Source of the DNA: Camelus ferus
Lineage: Eukaryota
NCBI RefSeq assembly: GCF_009834535.1
Contig: NC_045697.1
Span: 105,898,001 to 105,962,000, forward strand
Length of the DNA: 64,000 nucleotides
Direction: 5' to 3'
The position numbers were made by a program, and so were the translations under genes. The notes under the pieces are model-generated. The model was not told the DNA's origin, did no database searches, and saw only the letters and a program-made list of their open reading frames with translations. Shown here one piece after another: positions 24,701 to 36,605 of this stretch; positions within the stretch are counted from its first letter, which is position 1; each line of letters begins with the position of its first letter.

Positions 24701-26262
24701 TTAAAAGATAAATAAAATTGACAAAACTTTAGCTAGACTTAGCAAAAGAGAGAGAGAGAGAAAGAGGGAGAGAGAGAGGGCTCAAATATATAAGATCAGA
24801 ATTGAAAGAAGAGTAGTTACAGTTGATACCACAGAAATGCAAACAATCAAAACAGATTACTGTGAACACCAATACAACAACAAATTGGACAACCTAGAAG
24901 AAATTGGCCAATTCCTAGAAATATGTAGTCTCCAAAATTAAATCATGAAGAAATAGAAAATCTAAATAGATCAATTACTAGTAACGAAATTTAATCAGTA
25001 GTCAAAAAACTCTCAACAAACCAAAGTCTAGAAAGAACCAGATAGCTTCACTGATGAATTCTACCAAAGTTTAAAAGAAAAATACCTATTCTTCTCAACA
25101 TCTTACCAAAAACTGAAGAGGAAGGGACACTTCCAAATTCATTTTATGAGACCAGCATTACCCTGATACCAAAACCAGACAAGAATAACACACACACATA
25201 CACAAATATTACAGGCAAATACCCCTGATGAACATAGATTCAAAATCCTCAACAACACATTAACAGAGTTCAGCAACAAATTAAAAGGATCATATACCAT
25301 AATCAAATAGGATTTATTCCAGGGGTGCAAAGATGGTTTAACATCCACAAATCAATCAATATGACATACTACATTAGCACAATGAAGAATAAAAAAACAC
25401 ATGATCATCTCAATAGACACAGAAAAAAAAATCTTTTGACAAAATTCAACACCCATTTATGATAGAAGTATCAACAAAGTGGGTTTAGAGGGAACGTATC
25501 TGTACCTAATATAGGCCACATATGACAAACCCACAACTAACATAATCAACTGTGAAAATCTGAAAGACAAGAAATGACAAGTGTTAGAGAGGATGTGGAG
25601 AAAAGGGAACCCTCGTACACTGTTGGTCAGAATGCAAATTGGTGCAACCAATGTGGAAAACAATATGAAAGTTTCCCCTAAAATTAAAGATAAAACTACC
25701 ATATGATCCCTGTGATCTAGCTGTACCAACTCTGGGTATTTATTCAAAGAAAACAAAAATACTAATTCAAAAAGATATATGCACCCCAATATTCACTGCA
25801 GTATTAATTACCATAAGCCAAGTTATGGAAACAGCTTTAATGTCCATCAATGGATGAATGGATAAAGAAGATACTATATATCACACACAGTGGAATCCTG
25901 CTCAACTGTAAAAAAGGAAATCTCGTCATTGTGGCAACATGGATGGAGATAAGTTAGACAATGAAAAATAAATACCATATGATTTCACTTTTATGTGGAA
26001 TCTAAAACAAACAAACAAACAAACAAAACAATACAAAACAAAAAAAAATCTCATAAATACAGAGAGCCGACTGGTAGTTATCAGAGGGGAAGGGGTTTAG
26101 GCAATGAACCAAATGGGTAAATGGGATTAATTTTATGGTGGCAGATGGTAAGTAGACTTTTTGTTGTGTACACAAAGATCAAATTATTATATTGCATACC
26201 TGAAGCTAATATATGTTATATACCAATTTTATCTCAATATAAAATTATTTAATTTTAAAAAA
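21755..26262 (+). mobile_element. Laurasiatherian-age L1, decayed: partial 5' UTR, ORF1, ORF2 with large internal deletion, 3' UTR
   Basis: GC-rich 5' UTR about 21760-22200. ORF1 remnant (LEDRAVGITQTEQQKE...IGVPERE...FEEIMAENVPNL, 22518-22772). Endonuclease remnant (ILVSDKIDLK...IIFVNIYALN, 23805-24014). RT start to 25566, then CCHC region, 3' UTR and A-rich tail. Confidence 0.92.
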
Positions 26263-28034
26263 CAAATAATGGAAATATGTTTATGTGATTGCTTGGCTGG
26301 GAGTGGGTAAGGGGACCACTGAGTGAGACGAGACAGAGCTGAATTCAGTAGTATTCGTTTGAAGGTAAAGGGATTTTGCAGCCTACTCAAGTTTAATTAA
26401 AAATGAATGTGGCAAATTGTTTCAAAAGATTGTACACAGTGATTATCTCAAATTGCCATGGGAAAAACAGAAATGCCTCTTTAAAAAACACATTGAGAAT
26501 TTTTTATATATATAAACTCCATCATTTATATTTTAGCTTAGAAAAACTCCGTACTTCTAAAAAAAAAAAAAAAGCTAGCTGAAATATGTCATCATCATTT
26601 TTATGAACCCCAGGATATCATGTATATGTGTTCCAGTGATTTTTGTGTACGTCAACATCACAAAAATCATTTTAAAGGAAACTTGCAAAGCTTTGTAAAA
26701 ATGAAATAAAACCACTGGACAATTAAAGGATTACTGAATTATTCACAGAAGTGAAACTAGCAGTAAAATTGAGTCAATCCTGGGGAGCCTCCAAAAATTA
26801 GGCTGGGTGAGTATCATGATGCTGCTTTTCTGTGCAATTTCTTGGCATCAGGCTGAGGTTTTACCTCTTCCCAGTTCTAAGTTATGTTTGCATGCTGCTT
26901 AAATCTCTTGATATTTTTATCTGAAAGATTTAGTTGAACAAAAAGATCAGTTTTACTGATGTTTTTGTCATTGAGTTGAAGAAGAGTTTGGTGTTGTATA
27001 ACCACATCATACGGCGACACAGAGACAGGCTTTCCTCAAAAGCCAAAAAAAAATGCCTAGTTACTTTTCTGCTTTTTCCTTTCTGATCCTGAAGAGCCAA
27101 AGCATCTCAAACGTAGCTGAGTGGTTGAAGATGTGATCAAGAGGTAATGGAATGGACATGACGTGGAAAATAAATAAATCTATCGAAAACTTCTAAGACT
27201 GCAGGAGTAATTTGTTCCACCCTTTAAAGAATTTAAACGTACATTCTGTGGTTTTAGGAAGAAAGGATATCCGTATTATTAATACGCATGAACAGCTTTA
27301 GGGCAAGCATAAGTGATCATGCAGAGAAAATAAAGGCACTGTACAACTAAATTATTCTTCTTAATATCATATTGCTTCTCTTTAAATTGTGTTTTTTGTG
27401 ATGATGACTGTTCATGAGCCAGATTATCTATGACCTATTTCTTCCTTGAAATTCCCCAAATTGTCAGAGCGTATGATGAATATAATATGCATATACATGA
27501 AACTGAGAAATACTCGTCCCTAAAAGAAATCTCCTTCTCGGGTGGGACTATGCATAGACAATTTGTCACCACCATGGTGTCTCGGGGAGTGAAGTTTTCC
27601 AAGCAATCAGGCTCTTTTGTGTCGACATCTGCTGTTTTATACATTAAAGGGTTAATGAACTCTAGAGATCTGTGAGAGAAAATTTCAGAGACCAGCAAAA
27701 CACAGGGCTTCTTTTTGCCCCTTGGTGACTCTGTGGGAGGGATTACATTTGTCCTGGGGCATTACTTGCTTAGTCAACTCAAGACTTCTCAGGCAAGTTA
27801 TCTGCTTTGTGCAGTTTATCTGAGACAAATCTTGCTTTCAGTTATTTACGGACAGTTAACACCTGCCAGGGCACATTAACTGCTCGGTTAACATCTTACA
27901 TTTCCTCCATGAACCCAGACTTTCTAAAGACTAAAGCCTTACTGGTAGAATTTGAAACTGAAGTATTTCCCTCTATTAGCTACAGGGGAGGAGGCTTCAA
28001 AGGGGGGAAAATAAGACATGCTGTTCTAAATGCA

Positions 28035-28155
28035 AGACCCAACTATTTGCTTTTTATAAGAAATGAACTTTAACACGTAGATGCAGCTAAAATTAAAAGG
28101 GGAGAAAAAGATATATCATCATAGCACTAAACCTAAGAAAACTTACTATGACTTA
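28035..28155 (+). mobile_element. Short old L1 ORF2 endonuclease fragment
   Basis: gacccaactatttgctttttataagaaatgaacttt...ggagaaaaagatatatcatc...actaaacctaagaaaac. Confidence 0.55.
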
Positions 28156-28419
28156 AAAGAGAAATATGTTTTTCTGTCATTTAAGTCATAGACTCAATAA
28201 ACTGCGCATAAATTACCAAGGGCCCAGGCTTCTTCTAATTCATTGCTCTACCATCCTCAGGGTATAATGCTCATCTTGATGTAAGATGCCTCAATCCCAT
28301 GTTCATAGAACAAGAGAAAGTGAGGGGAGAGGCCATCTTCCTCTCTTTCAGAGCATGGCAGAGGAGTTTTCACACATTAATGGCACTTAGACATATGGTG
28401 GTCAATGAAATGTTTACAA

Positions 28420-29655
28420 GATAAAGGTAAAGAAACTCTCCGGAAATGCAATAAAAAGTAAGGTCCTGTAAAATAGGAGAGAAAATATTAGATCATCTAT
28501 AAGGCAGTCTGGAAAATAAAAAGATGGAGTAGAAAATTATTAAGCATGTGTGTGTGTATGTATATATAAAAATATATTTATATATACATACACACATACA
28601 TATATATAAACACATATTTCTCAGACTGAAGGAAATGCATTTCTAGATTAAGAGGAAATTTCATAACTGTTGACAAAGAGAAAATCTTAACATTTTTCAG
28701 AGAAAAAGTGGTCCCATAAAGTAGATTGGGAATATGAATTATATAGGTTTTCTCACAACAACATTGGAGGCTAGAAAGAAAGAACGGTGCCTTTAAATTT
28801 TGATTTGAAATGCTTTCAAACTTAAGAGTTCTGTTTCCAATGAAATAGCAACAATATCTGCGAACAGAGTAAAGCATTTTCAGACACGGGAGTTCTCAAA
28901 AATTTTATCTTATGTGCATTTCTCAGGAAGCACTTGAAGGATGTGCTTCATCAAAACTAGGATGTAATCCATGAAAAGCAAACCCATGATCCAGGAATTG
29001 GGGATTTAGTACTGAATATAATTAAAGGGATGGTGGTGAGCGTGCATCTGTCACTGAGAATGAAAGAAAAAGCCAAGAGAATAATCACTTCTGGCTGTAA
29101 AATGGAGCTGAATTCTCTGGGAGGAGACTTTCCGGTAAGAAAGTAGAACTGTATTGGGAGGGGATTTCATCCTTCTGGAAGAGAGTTTGGTGATGAATTA
29201 GTGATAAGTAGATGGAATTCTAAGCCATAAAAGATGAGATGATAAAAAGTTGTACATCAGAAAATATATAGTAATAGTATTCTGTGTGGCTCAGTATAAA
29301 TATTTATACATCAATAATAAGGTAAACTTGAAAATGGACTTAAGAACTGTGATATAATTGTGTTTGTGGGAGGTGAGCAGAAAGCCCCTAGAGAGCTAAA
29401 GCTTCATCTTCTACAGCAGAAAATCAATGGACAATATCTGAAAATGAAAAAAAGTCAAGAAATAAGAGTATAAGTGTGTTATTCAGAAACATGGGGGGAA
29501 ATGAAAAGGGTGAATGTGGCTTCCTCTAGAGAAAGGCAGTGAGACTTTGGAAAATTTGGGGGCAGGAAACTGCTGTTTCTCATTATAAGCCTGGTAGAAC
29601 TATTTGACTTTTATAATTATGTTCATGTGTAATTCTGATGGTAATAAAAACAGTA
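28420..29655 (+). mobile_element. HAL1 (half-L1) element
   Basis: ORF1-like segment (caacaacattggaggctagaa...gcattttcagacacggg...tttctcaggaagcacttgaaggatgtgcttcatcaaaac) followed, with no ORF2, by a HAL1-type 3' end (ggggcaggaaactgctgtttctcattataagcctggtagaactatttgacttttt...aataaaaa). Confidence 0.75.
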
Positions 29656-31249
29656 ATTTAACAAGAAGTGAAGTTGTGAATTAGTGTGATTAAATTCTAC
29701 AGCTTTCTACTAGAACATTGGTTCTCCAGCAAATAGGATCGTGATGTTTCCTTAATTTAAAACAGAAAAAAAATGAAAGAAATGAAGATCAATAAATAGA
29801 AAAATAAATACGATAAATGGTCAATTTAGGAAATTTTCATCAACAAAATGACTGTATCATTTAGCATTTTGTGTGGCTTGGGACTTGCTCTCAGGAGCAT
29901 AGAGAAAGTGATGAAGGGCGTTCTTGGCTTTGTCCAGAGACAGAGAGAGAGCGATGCCCTTTAGGAGCCCAGAATAGTGAAACAGATGACTGGGTACATT
30001 TTGTAGGGTACCTCAGAGCAGATACAAAGCTCTTTGACCTTTCCTTGGGAAAGGTCAAAGAGTCTTCTAACAGATGTTAGCAGAGATGAAGAAATACAGT
30101 AAATAATGAACATTTTATATTTTGTAGAAGTCAAGTCACTTATCAGAAATCTTTAGTGAAACTTCTATTGCATTCTTTGGCCTACAAATATGAAGGGAAA
30201 AAAAAGTTACCTGGGAAGAACATTTTTTTACCCAATGGATGCTGCATCTATTCAAGCCTTAAGCTCAACTCAGTCAAGAGCTCCCGGTGGAATAGAAGAC
30301 AGAAAGCTGGAGCTTCTCCTGAATCTGGGAGGAAAGGACAGAGGAGTCACAGGAGGGAAGAGAAGGGGAAGAGGAGGAGAGAGCAGATGGAGGGTGGAAT
30401 GATTTAAACTTGCAACGGGTCTCTTGAGATCCTTGAGAAAATGTTGGAAGCTGTGGGAAAATAACTTGCAGATCATCCTGGAGAACATCAGATACTACCT
30501 GAGGGAGCTGTGAGGTAGCAGGAACAGGCTCTGCGCTGCGCCTGCCAGAGGCTGTTATTTGAGAAGAACTGACTAATCTCCATAAATGGTTCTTCATGGA
30601 CATACATGTGACCTTGAGATTGGAATTTTTAAAGGAGGCAACTCATTCTTCCATGACAGGCTTAGACATTAAACATGACAAATCTGCATTTTTTACAATA
30701 AAGACTAAGAACTGAGGTGATAAAATAATATCAAGAATGCTCCATTGAGTGAACGGTAGGTAACACTGGGAAAAGAGAAAAAAACATCGCTCTTAATATT
30801 TCTGCTTCCTAGCAGTCCCTTATTCCTCCCATCTCTTCTTCTCCTTCTAGTATTAGAGCTGTTTCTGGAAAAGGCAGATTCGGTCTCTGCTCCCAAACCC
30901 TTGATTTTAAAACTAGGTCAAAATGCTTTAGTGATGCGATGCTGCTTCATTCCGCCTTCCCAGCATCGCTTCACTCCATTTCCCCCACAGCGCGCAGGCT
31001 AGTTGTTCTTGCCTCTGCAGGCAGGAGCCAGTGCTGTTTCTACCTGCAGTGTGTCTCCCTCCCTTCTTTTTAAAGCTAAGCTCAATACAACCTCTTTTCT
31101 GGTACTTTCCCTGACTTCCTTGGACAGGATTCATTACTGCTGGTGCAATGTCCCTGTGGTTGATTACAGTACCATTGCACTGACATAATTATATTGTGAT
31201 TATCCATTTCTTCCACTAATTTGAGTTACTCAAAGGAAGAAAATGTTAT

Positions 31250-31281
31250 ATATATGTATATGTGTGTGTGTGTGTGTGTGT
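31250..31281. repeat. (TA)n(TG)10 microsatellite inside a degenerate L2 3' fragment (about 30890-31355)
   Basis: Direct reading; flanks gtccccagtactttgcacagatcctg...taatgaatgggtga are L2-tail-like. Confidence 0.75.
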
Positions 31282-31491
31282 AGTCCCCAGTACTTTGCAC
31301 AGATCCTGATTCAAGCGAGGGGCTTCCTAAAAATTTACAGAAGTTAGTAATGAATGGGTGAGAAATGGAGATTTTCATGTCAAAGGATGAGAACGATGCT
31401 ATAAGGTATTCTGGGTGCTAGACTGTAAATCATAGTCAATCTGGAAAAAGATATCATTCCGTTCCACTGTTCTTAGTCCAGATTCACTAGA

Positions 31492-31680
31492 TGTTTTGGG
31501 GGTTTTTTATTTGTTTGGTTGGTTGGTTGGTTTTTTTTTTTTTTTTTTGTCCCTTTTTTTTTTTTCAGGGGGGGAAGGTAATTAGATTTATTTACTTATC
31601 TTTAATGGCAGTACTGGGGATTGAACTCAGACCACATGCATGCTAAGCACACACTCTACCACTGAGCTATACCCTCCCCC
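31492..31680 (-). mobile_element. tRNA-derived SINE, camelid Vic-1-like, with 13-bp TSD
   Basis: Reverse complement reads GGGGAGGGTATAGCTCAGTGGTAGAGTGTGTGCTTAGCATGCATGTGGTCTGAGTTCAATCCCCAGTAC (Pol III A and B boxes) followed by an A-rich tail. TSD cagattcactaga at 31479-31491 and 31683-31695. Confidence 0.92.
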
Positions 31681-32927
31681 TTCAGATTCACTAGAAATTT
31701 CTCTCCGTGTCTGTCCCAGTCATCCTTATGGCTGAATGTCCTTTGTTACTACTACAACCATGTTGTGTTTCACAAGCAACGGGCAAACATTTCCAACTAT
31801 GCTCTTTAGAGAGGGGTGAGTAAGCCCAGTCCTGAAGAACAGAACAAAATTACGGAGGATGGGAAATGATAGAATTAAACCAAATACAAAGAAAATTGCC
31901 ATCGTGAGCATTTTATATTAACCTTTTAAAAGGATGGATTATCCATTCTGAGCACAAATATATCAATCAGGGGAAATTATAGAGGCAAGAGATGTGACAG
32001 CAGCTGTGTGGTTTGCCTGATGATTCTGGAATCCCAACATTTTTCAGCTTGGTCGTATAGAAGATGAGGACTAGGAATTATAGGAGGCTGTGAGAAGAAT
32101 ACAAATGTCTTGTACACCAAAGAAGAAGAAAGGCCCCAAAGATCAAGACTTCAGAATGTTGTTGGTGAAATGACTTCCTCTAGACTTTTAGAAGAGTTTT
32201 TTTTTTCACCATGTCATCACATTTCAATATCTGAGGCATTCCAAATTGGGGACATTCTGACCCTTATTAAAAGAAACAGGAAAATCAGCTGTTCTTTGTT
32301 CTAGATGACAGAATTGGAGAGGAAAATCCCAAGTATACACTGTACATATACACACATATTCAATACAAATACAAACATTTAACAAGAGATCAAACACCAC
32401 AACTCAACACCAAGAACTGAGAATTGTCTACTGTAAATATTTAGAAAATTTCCACCCTGGGATTATACACACTCATTTCTGTCCTGCACGGTGCTCGGTG
32501 CATATCTGGTTTTCAGCAAATGCTAAATTGATTTGTGGAATTTAGATAGAGGATGAAGCATAAAAAATAAACCTTTGAAAGTTTTTTTGATACTCAGCTT
32601 TGCTTTTCAACATTTTGTTTTGTTTTAATAGACCTAGAGTATATTTGGTAAGAGTATTTGTAATTAAAAAAAAAAACTAAACTAAAAAAGTTGGTTAAAT
32701 TCCAGGTTGATGGAGGGGATGGACAGAGTGTGACTTCCACAAGGGAGCTGGAGGGCAGTGTGATCACGCCAAGAAGGCACCTCCGCATTGCCATTTGGCT
32801 TATCTTCCAGAGTAACAGCAGGAAATTTTCAGAGAACACAGGGGTAAAGAAAGAAAGTTGTTGCCCTACCTTAAAAGACCTTGGTAAGTTACATGCAACA
32901 TAAAGTTGCATTCTGATCTAAATGATT

Positions 32928-33055
32928 GTTTAGTCATCCATTCGTTGAGCAATTTTTAAGCACCTATTATGTGTCAGGAACTGCTGCTATAGCTACGTGA
33001 GAGTCACGAGCAAATAAAACAGATCCCTGCCCATTCAGAGCTTATGTTCTACAGG
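32928..33055 (-). mobile_element. L2 3' end
   Basis: catccattcgttgagcaatttttaagcacctattatgtgtcaggaactg...aataaaacagatccctgcccattcagagcttatgttcta. Confidence 0.7.
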
Positions 33056-33854
33056 GAAATCATGACTTCCAGAGGGGCAAGTCTTTGGGATGTGCAGAAA
33101 GTTTAGGAGTATTCTTTAAAAAGAAAAACGCATTGTATTCTCTTTTCAATGACCAATCCACCTGTTGTCCTAAAGGCAAGAGTTAAAAAATGTCAGAATA
33201 AGTTATGTGAAATGTACACTTAACATTAAGGTTAAATATTTTTTAAAGATTTTTCAAAAATGACAGGAACCTCTTGCCCCAAAGGATGAAATCTTCTGTA
33301 GCTAAACTTATATTTCTGTCAAACCCCCATCATTCTTTAAGGTGGGAGACAGCTGATCATTTACACATATTCTCATATTGATGAAATAGCCTGTCGTGGG
33401 AGGATTTTCTTTATTCTTACTGGTTGCAGAGCACAGCACAATTACAAGTTTATTCCTCTTCTGGACAGGTGAAAATTCCATGAACAATTATTTATGGTTA
33501 ATGCTCTATTAACTTGTCCAAGGATCCAAAAAATAAAAATATCACAGAACAGCAACACAGGATTGTCTGTTGCACAGTTGCTTTCCTGAGATATCTGGCT
33601 AGAAGATATGTGGCTTATAAAACGAAAGTTTTTCATTCATCGGTTTGTGGAACCAACATAGAAACACAGCCTTTAAATATCTGCTGTTCTTCCTTGACAC
33701 CCATCACTGAAAACCTTTCCAAGGTCAAGAACACTTGAAAATGTGAATGGGTCATTCTCCATCACGTTGCAGGGCTGAGTCTCTGCTGACAGAAGACGTA
33801 TACGTGGGATTCAGAATAGCTCCTTAGAGTAAAGCTTTGAAAAAACTAGAAATG

Positions 33855-34060
33855 ACCATTATTGATGAAAAGTCTATTAAGTACCAGTAGTGTGCTCAGA
33901 ATTCTGTACTAGTTACTTGATAGTACTCACCACAACTTTATGACATGGATTTTAGTATATACATTATGTAGATTAGGAATTTAATATTATGTAAGCTCGA
34001 AGACATGATCTGAACCTCAGTTTAACTCCTAATTTCGTATATTTCCCACAGTACACCAGT
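33855..34060 (-). mobile_element. MIR (degenerate)
   Basis: tattaagtaccagtagtgtgctc...actcaccacaactttatgacatggat...cattatgtagattaggaa...tctgaacctcagtttaactcc. Confidence 0.5.
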
Positions 34061-36154
34061 ACCTCTTTCAATAAGAGTTGGAATAGACGGCAAACTACTT
34101 TCCCTTACTGATGTGACCCCTGGTTTTATAAGAGCTTCTTTACCAACACGTACTGCTTTGGTATTAAGACCAAAAACTGGTTGTCAAACTAAGAGCATCT
34201 ATAAATTTTAAGAGACTAGAAAGTTTATTAGGTATTTTTTAATGCACTTTTATAGAACAAGAGGTTTTTGTTTTCTTTTTCTGTTAACATAGGCAAGCAA
34301 ATAAAATACTCACTTCAGTATATTCTGTTTCAAAATATTCTGGGCATCAGATCATAAACAAGAGTAAAAAAATTAAAACTTCATATGAATACCTAATGAA
34401 GGGTTTTTTTTGTGTGTGTGTGTATGAAATGAATTCATTTCAGGTCCACAGAAAGGTAAAATGCTGTAAAGTTGAACTCATAAAAATAGAGAATCTGTAA
34501 AACTGATATTGTTTGGCTTATAGTGTGCATAGAATCAATGGAAGGTAGAAGAGAGTTTGGCCCGAAAAATGGGTACAGGCATGCATTTCTGGGCTACATG
34601 ATTTTGTGCTTGATGACTTAGATCTCTGCTGTGTATTTCCATTAAAGAAAATTGTATTTTCTAACATAAAACCTCAGCAGGCATGCACTTGGCTAACAAG
34701 GGGGAAATTTGGTCCCAGTTTTCCATAATACATTCATGAAGAGATTTGAGGCAACCAACATTTACTGCAGAAGAAAAACGGAAAAAAAATGTTGTTCCCT
34801 GGCATTTTTAAAATAAACACAAAAGTTCAAGCTCTGAGCTATTAAGCTCTTTGGAGACAACATAAACACTGGCTTATTTCAAACCCACTATGATCCCTGA
34901 ATCAAACCCAGCCTTCATTTTCTGTTGTAATTCTTCCTGCAATCCCCCAGAGGGGAGGAGTTGGTGAAGGCATGGTCACCAGCCCAGGGTGTCAGTTGCA
35001 TCCTACGATAGCAACATGAGAGCCAAGGTCTTCACTTAATCTCTCCTGATTTTACAGAATAAGCACCTTCTCTACTACTCCACTTAGTCTATAGAGAAGC
35101 TCTTCAGCTTTGCAGGTAAAGAACCATTTCTTCCCATGCTCTTTCCTTCAGGAAAAAAGGAGCACATTCGGGGGTAGGGGGGCTTGTCTTCCGTGTGAGC
35201 TGGTGGAAGGCAATTCTTTTCAAGATGTAGCTTGATTTATGCAGGATCTCTTGGGATATTATAGCATGTCATGTGATCATTGTGACAAGGAAAACTTGTA
35301 GGAGCAAGGTCTGGACAGGCTGCTTACAAACCACTGCACAATAAGACACAAAAGAGAGATGCCTTTATAGTTCTGAGGAAGAAGTTTCCACAACTTTTGT
35401 GGCTCTTCCAATCAAGAGATTTGCCTGGTTTTATCAGCCATGGAAACAATGCCATCATCAAGTAGCTTTTTCAAAATTCTCATCTCGGTGGAGAAAGAAC
35501 AGCTGGCCACCATCACCTGAGTCATCTCCCCTCAGGCTGTTTCTAAACAGCGCTATAGCACAATGGGCGTGATGCTCCAGAGGCAGTTTCCTAAATGGAC
35601 ACGGAAGTCCTGAAGAGGATGACTGCATGGGCAAATGTTCCTCAACTGACCCCATTTACACAGCTACAGCCAGGCCCGTTCATTACAGGTGGGGGCTGCA
35701 AACTCATAGCTAAATGCAGGGCTACAGAGTCTCCCCTCCCATCTGCAGACCTGCAACCAGCAGTGAAGTGCGCACAGCCCATAAGCAATATGAACAAAGG
35801 CCCTCAGCCCTGATGATACCAAGGCTCATTTGTATAGAGATAAGAGATTGGTAAGTTGGGTAGGGGAAGAAGGCAAAGTTTTAACCAAAAAGATCTATAA
35901 GCAAACTTCACTAAAACAAGGGTAATTTTTTTTTTTATGTTTTGAATTTTACTTGTGGGTGTTTTAATACCTATTAAATAAGTAATGAGAATTAATAGTT
36001 AGCTACAGGGCAGTGGTGATTTGCACTTTGATGACTGATGCTCGCAGAGCTCTGCAGATGATAGCTGCAGTACACGGAACATGCAAAGTATTTCCTTAAA
36101 TACAATTCTGATTAGTTAAAATTTAAGGTTCACCTTCCACTAAGAATTCCTTTA

Positions 36155-36275
36155 GAGGGACGTTGAGCAAGACACTTGATCTTTGGTCTGGACCTTGATT
36201 TTCCCATTTGTAATACAAGAAGGTTGAAATAGTGGATCTCTAAGGTCCTTTTTAACTCTAACATTTTGTGATTCT
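36155..36275 (+). mobile_element. MIR (MIR3/MIRc-like) fragment
   Basis: gacgttgagcaagacactt...ttttcccatttgtaatacaagaaggttgaaatagtggatctctaaggtcctttttaactctaacattttgtgattcta. Confidence 0.7.
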
Positions 36276-36379
36276 AATTAACCGTACAGATGAAGACGGA
36301 TAGCATTTTGGATCTGGAAGAGATTCCGAAGGTGATTTATACAGAATTGTTCTTCTGACAATGATATTTTTAAGTGACT

Positions 36380-36605
36380 TCCTTTGTTGAATGTTCATTA
36401 TATGCCATGCACTATACAAACCACCTTCATACACCCTCCTATGCATCTCAAAAAAGTTCTGTGATTTAGGCAGTTGTCATCTTCACCTAAGGAAACCGAG
36501 GCACAGGACAATTAAATAAATTGCTTAGGAACATACAAATAGAAAAGAGTGGAACAGAAACTTGAACCCAGCTCTCTTTGGCTCCAAAATCTATACTCTT
36601 AATCG
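36380..36605 (-). mobile_element. MIR
   Basis: gttgaatgttcattatatgccatgcactatac...aaggaaaccgaggcacagg...ttaaataaattgcttagg...cttgaacccagctctctttggctccaaa. Confidence 0.8.

Noticed and set aside
30420..30515. Protein-like phrase LQIILENIRYYLREL on the plus strand
   Set aside because: No convincing splice acceptor and no recognisable homology.
31605..31680. Possible tRNA gene
   Set aside because: It has a tRNA-like head but also a SINE body, A-rich tail and TSD, and no proper acceptor stem.
35458..35590. Possible minus-strand terminal coding exon (KLPLEHH...EKAT*)
   Set aside because: Modest acceptor, unrecognised peptide and no nearby poly(A) signal noted.
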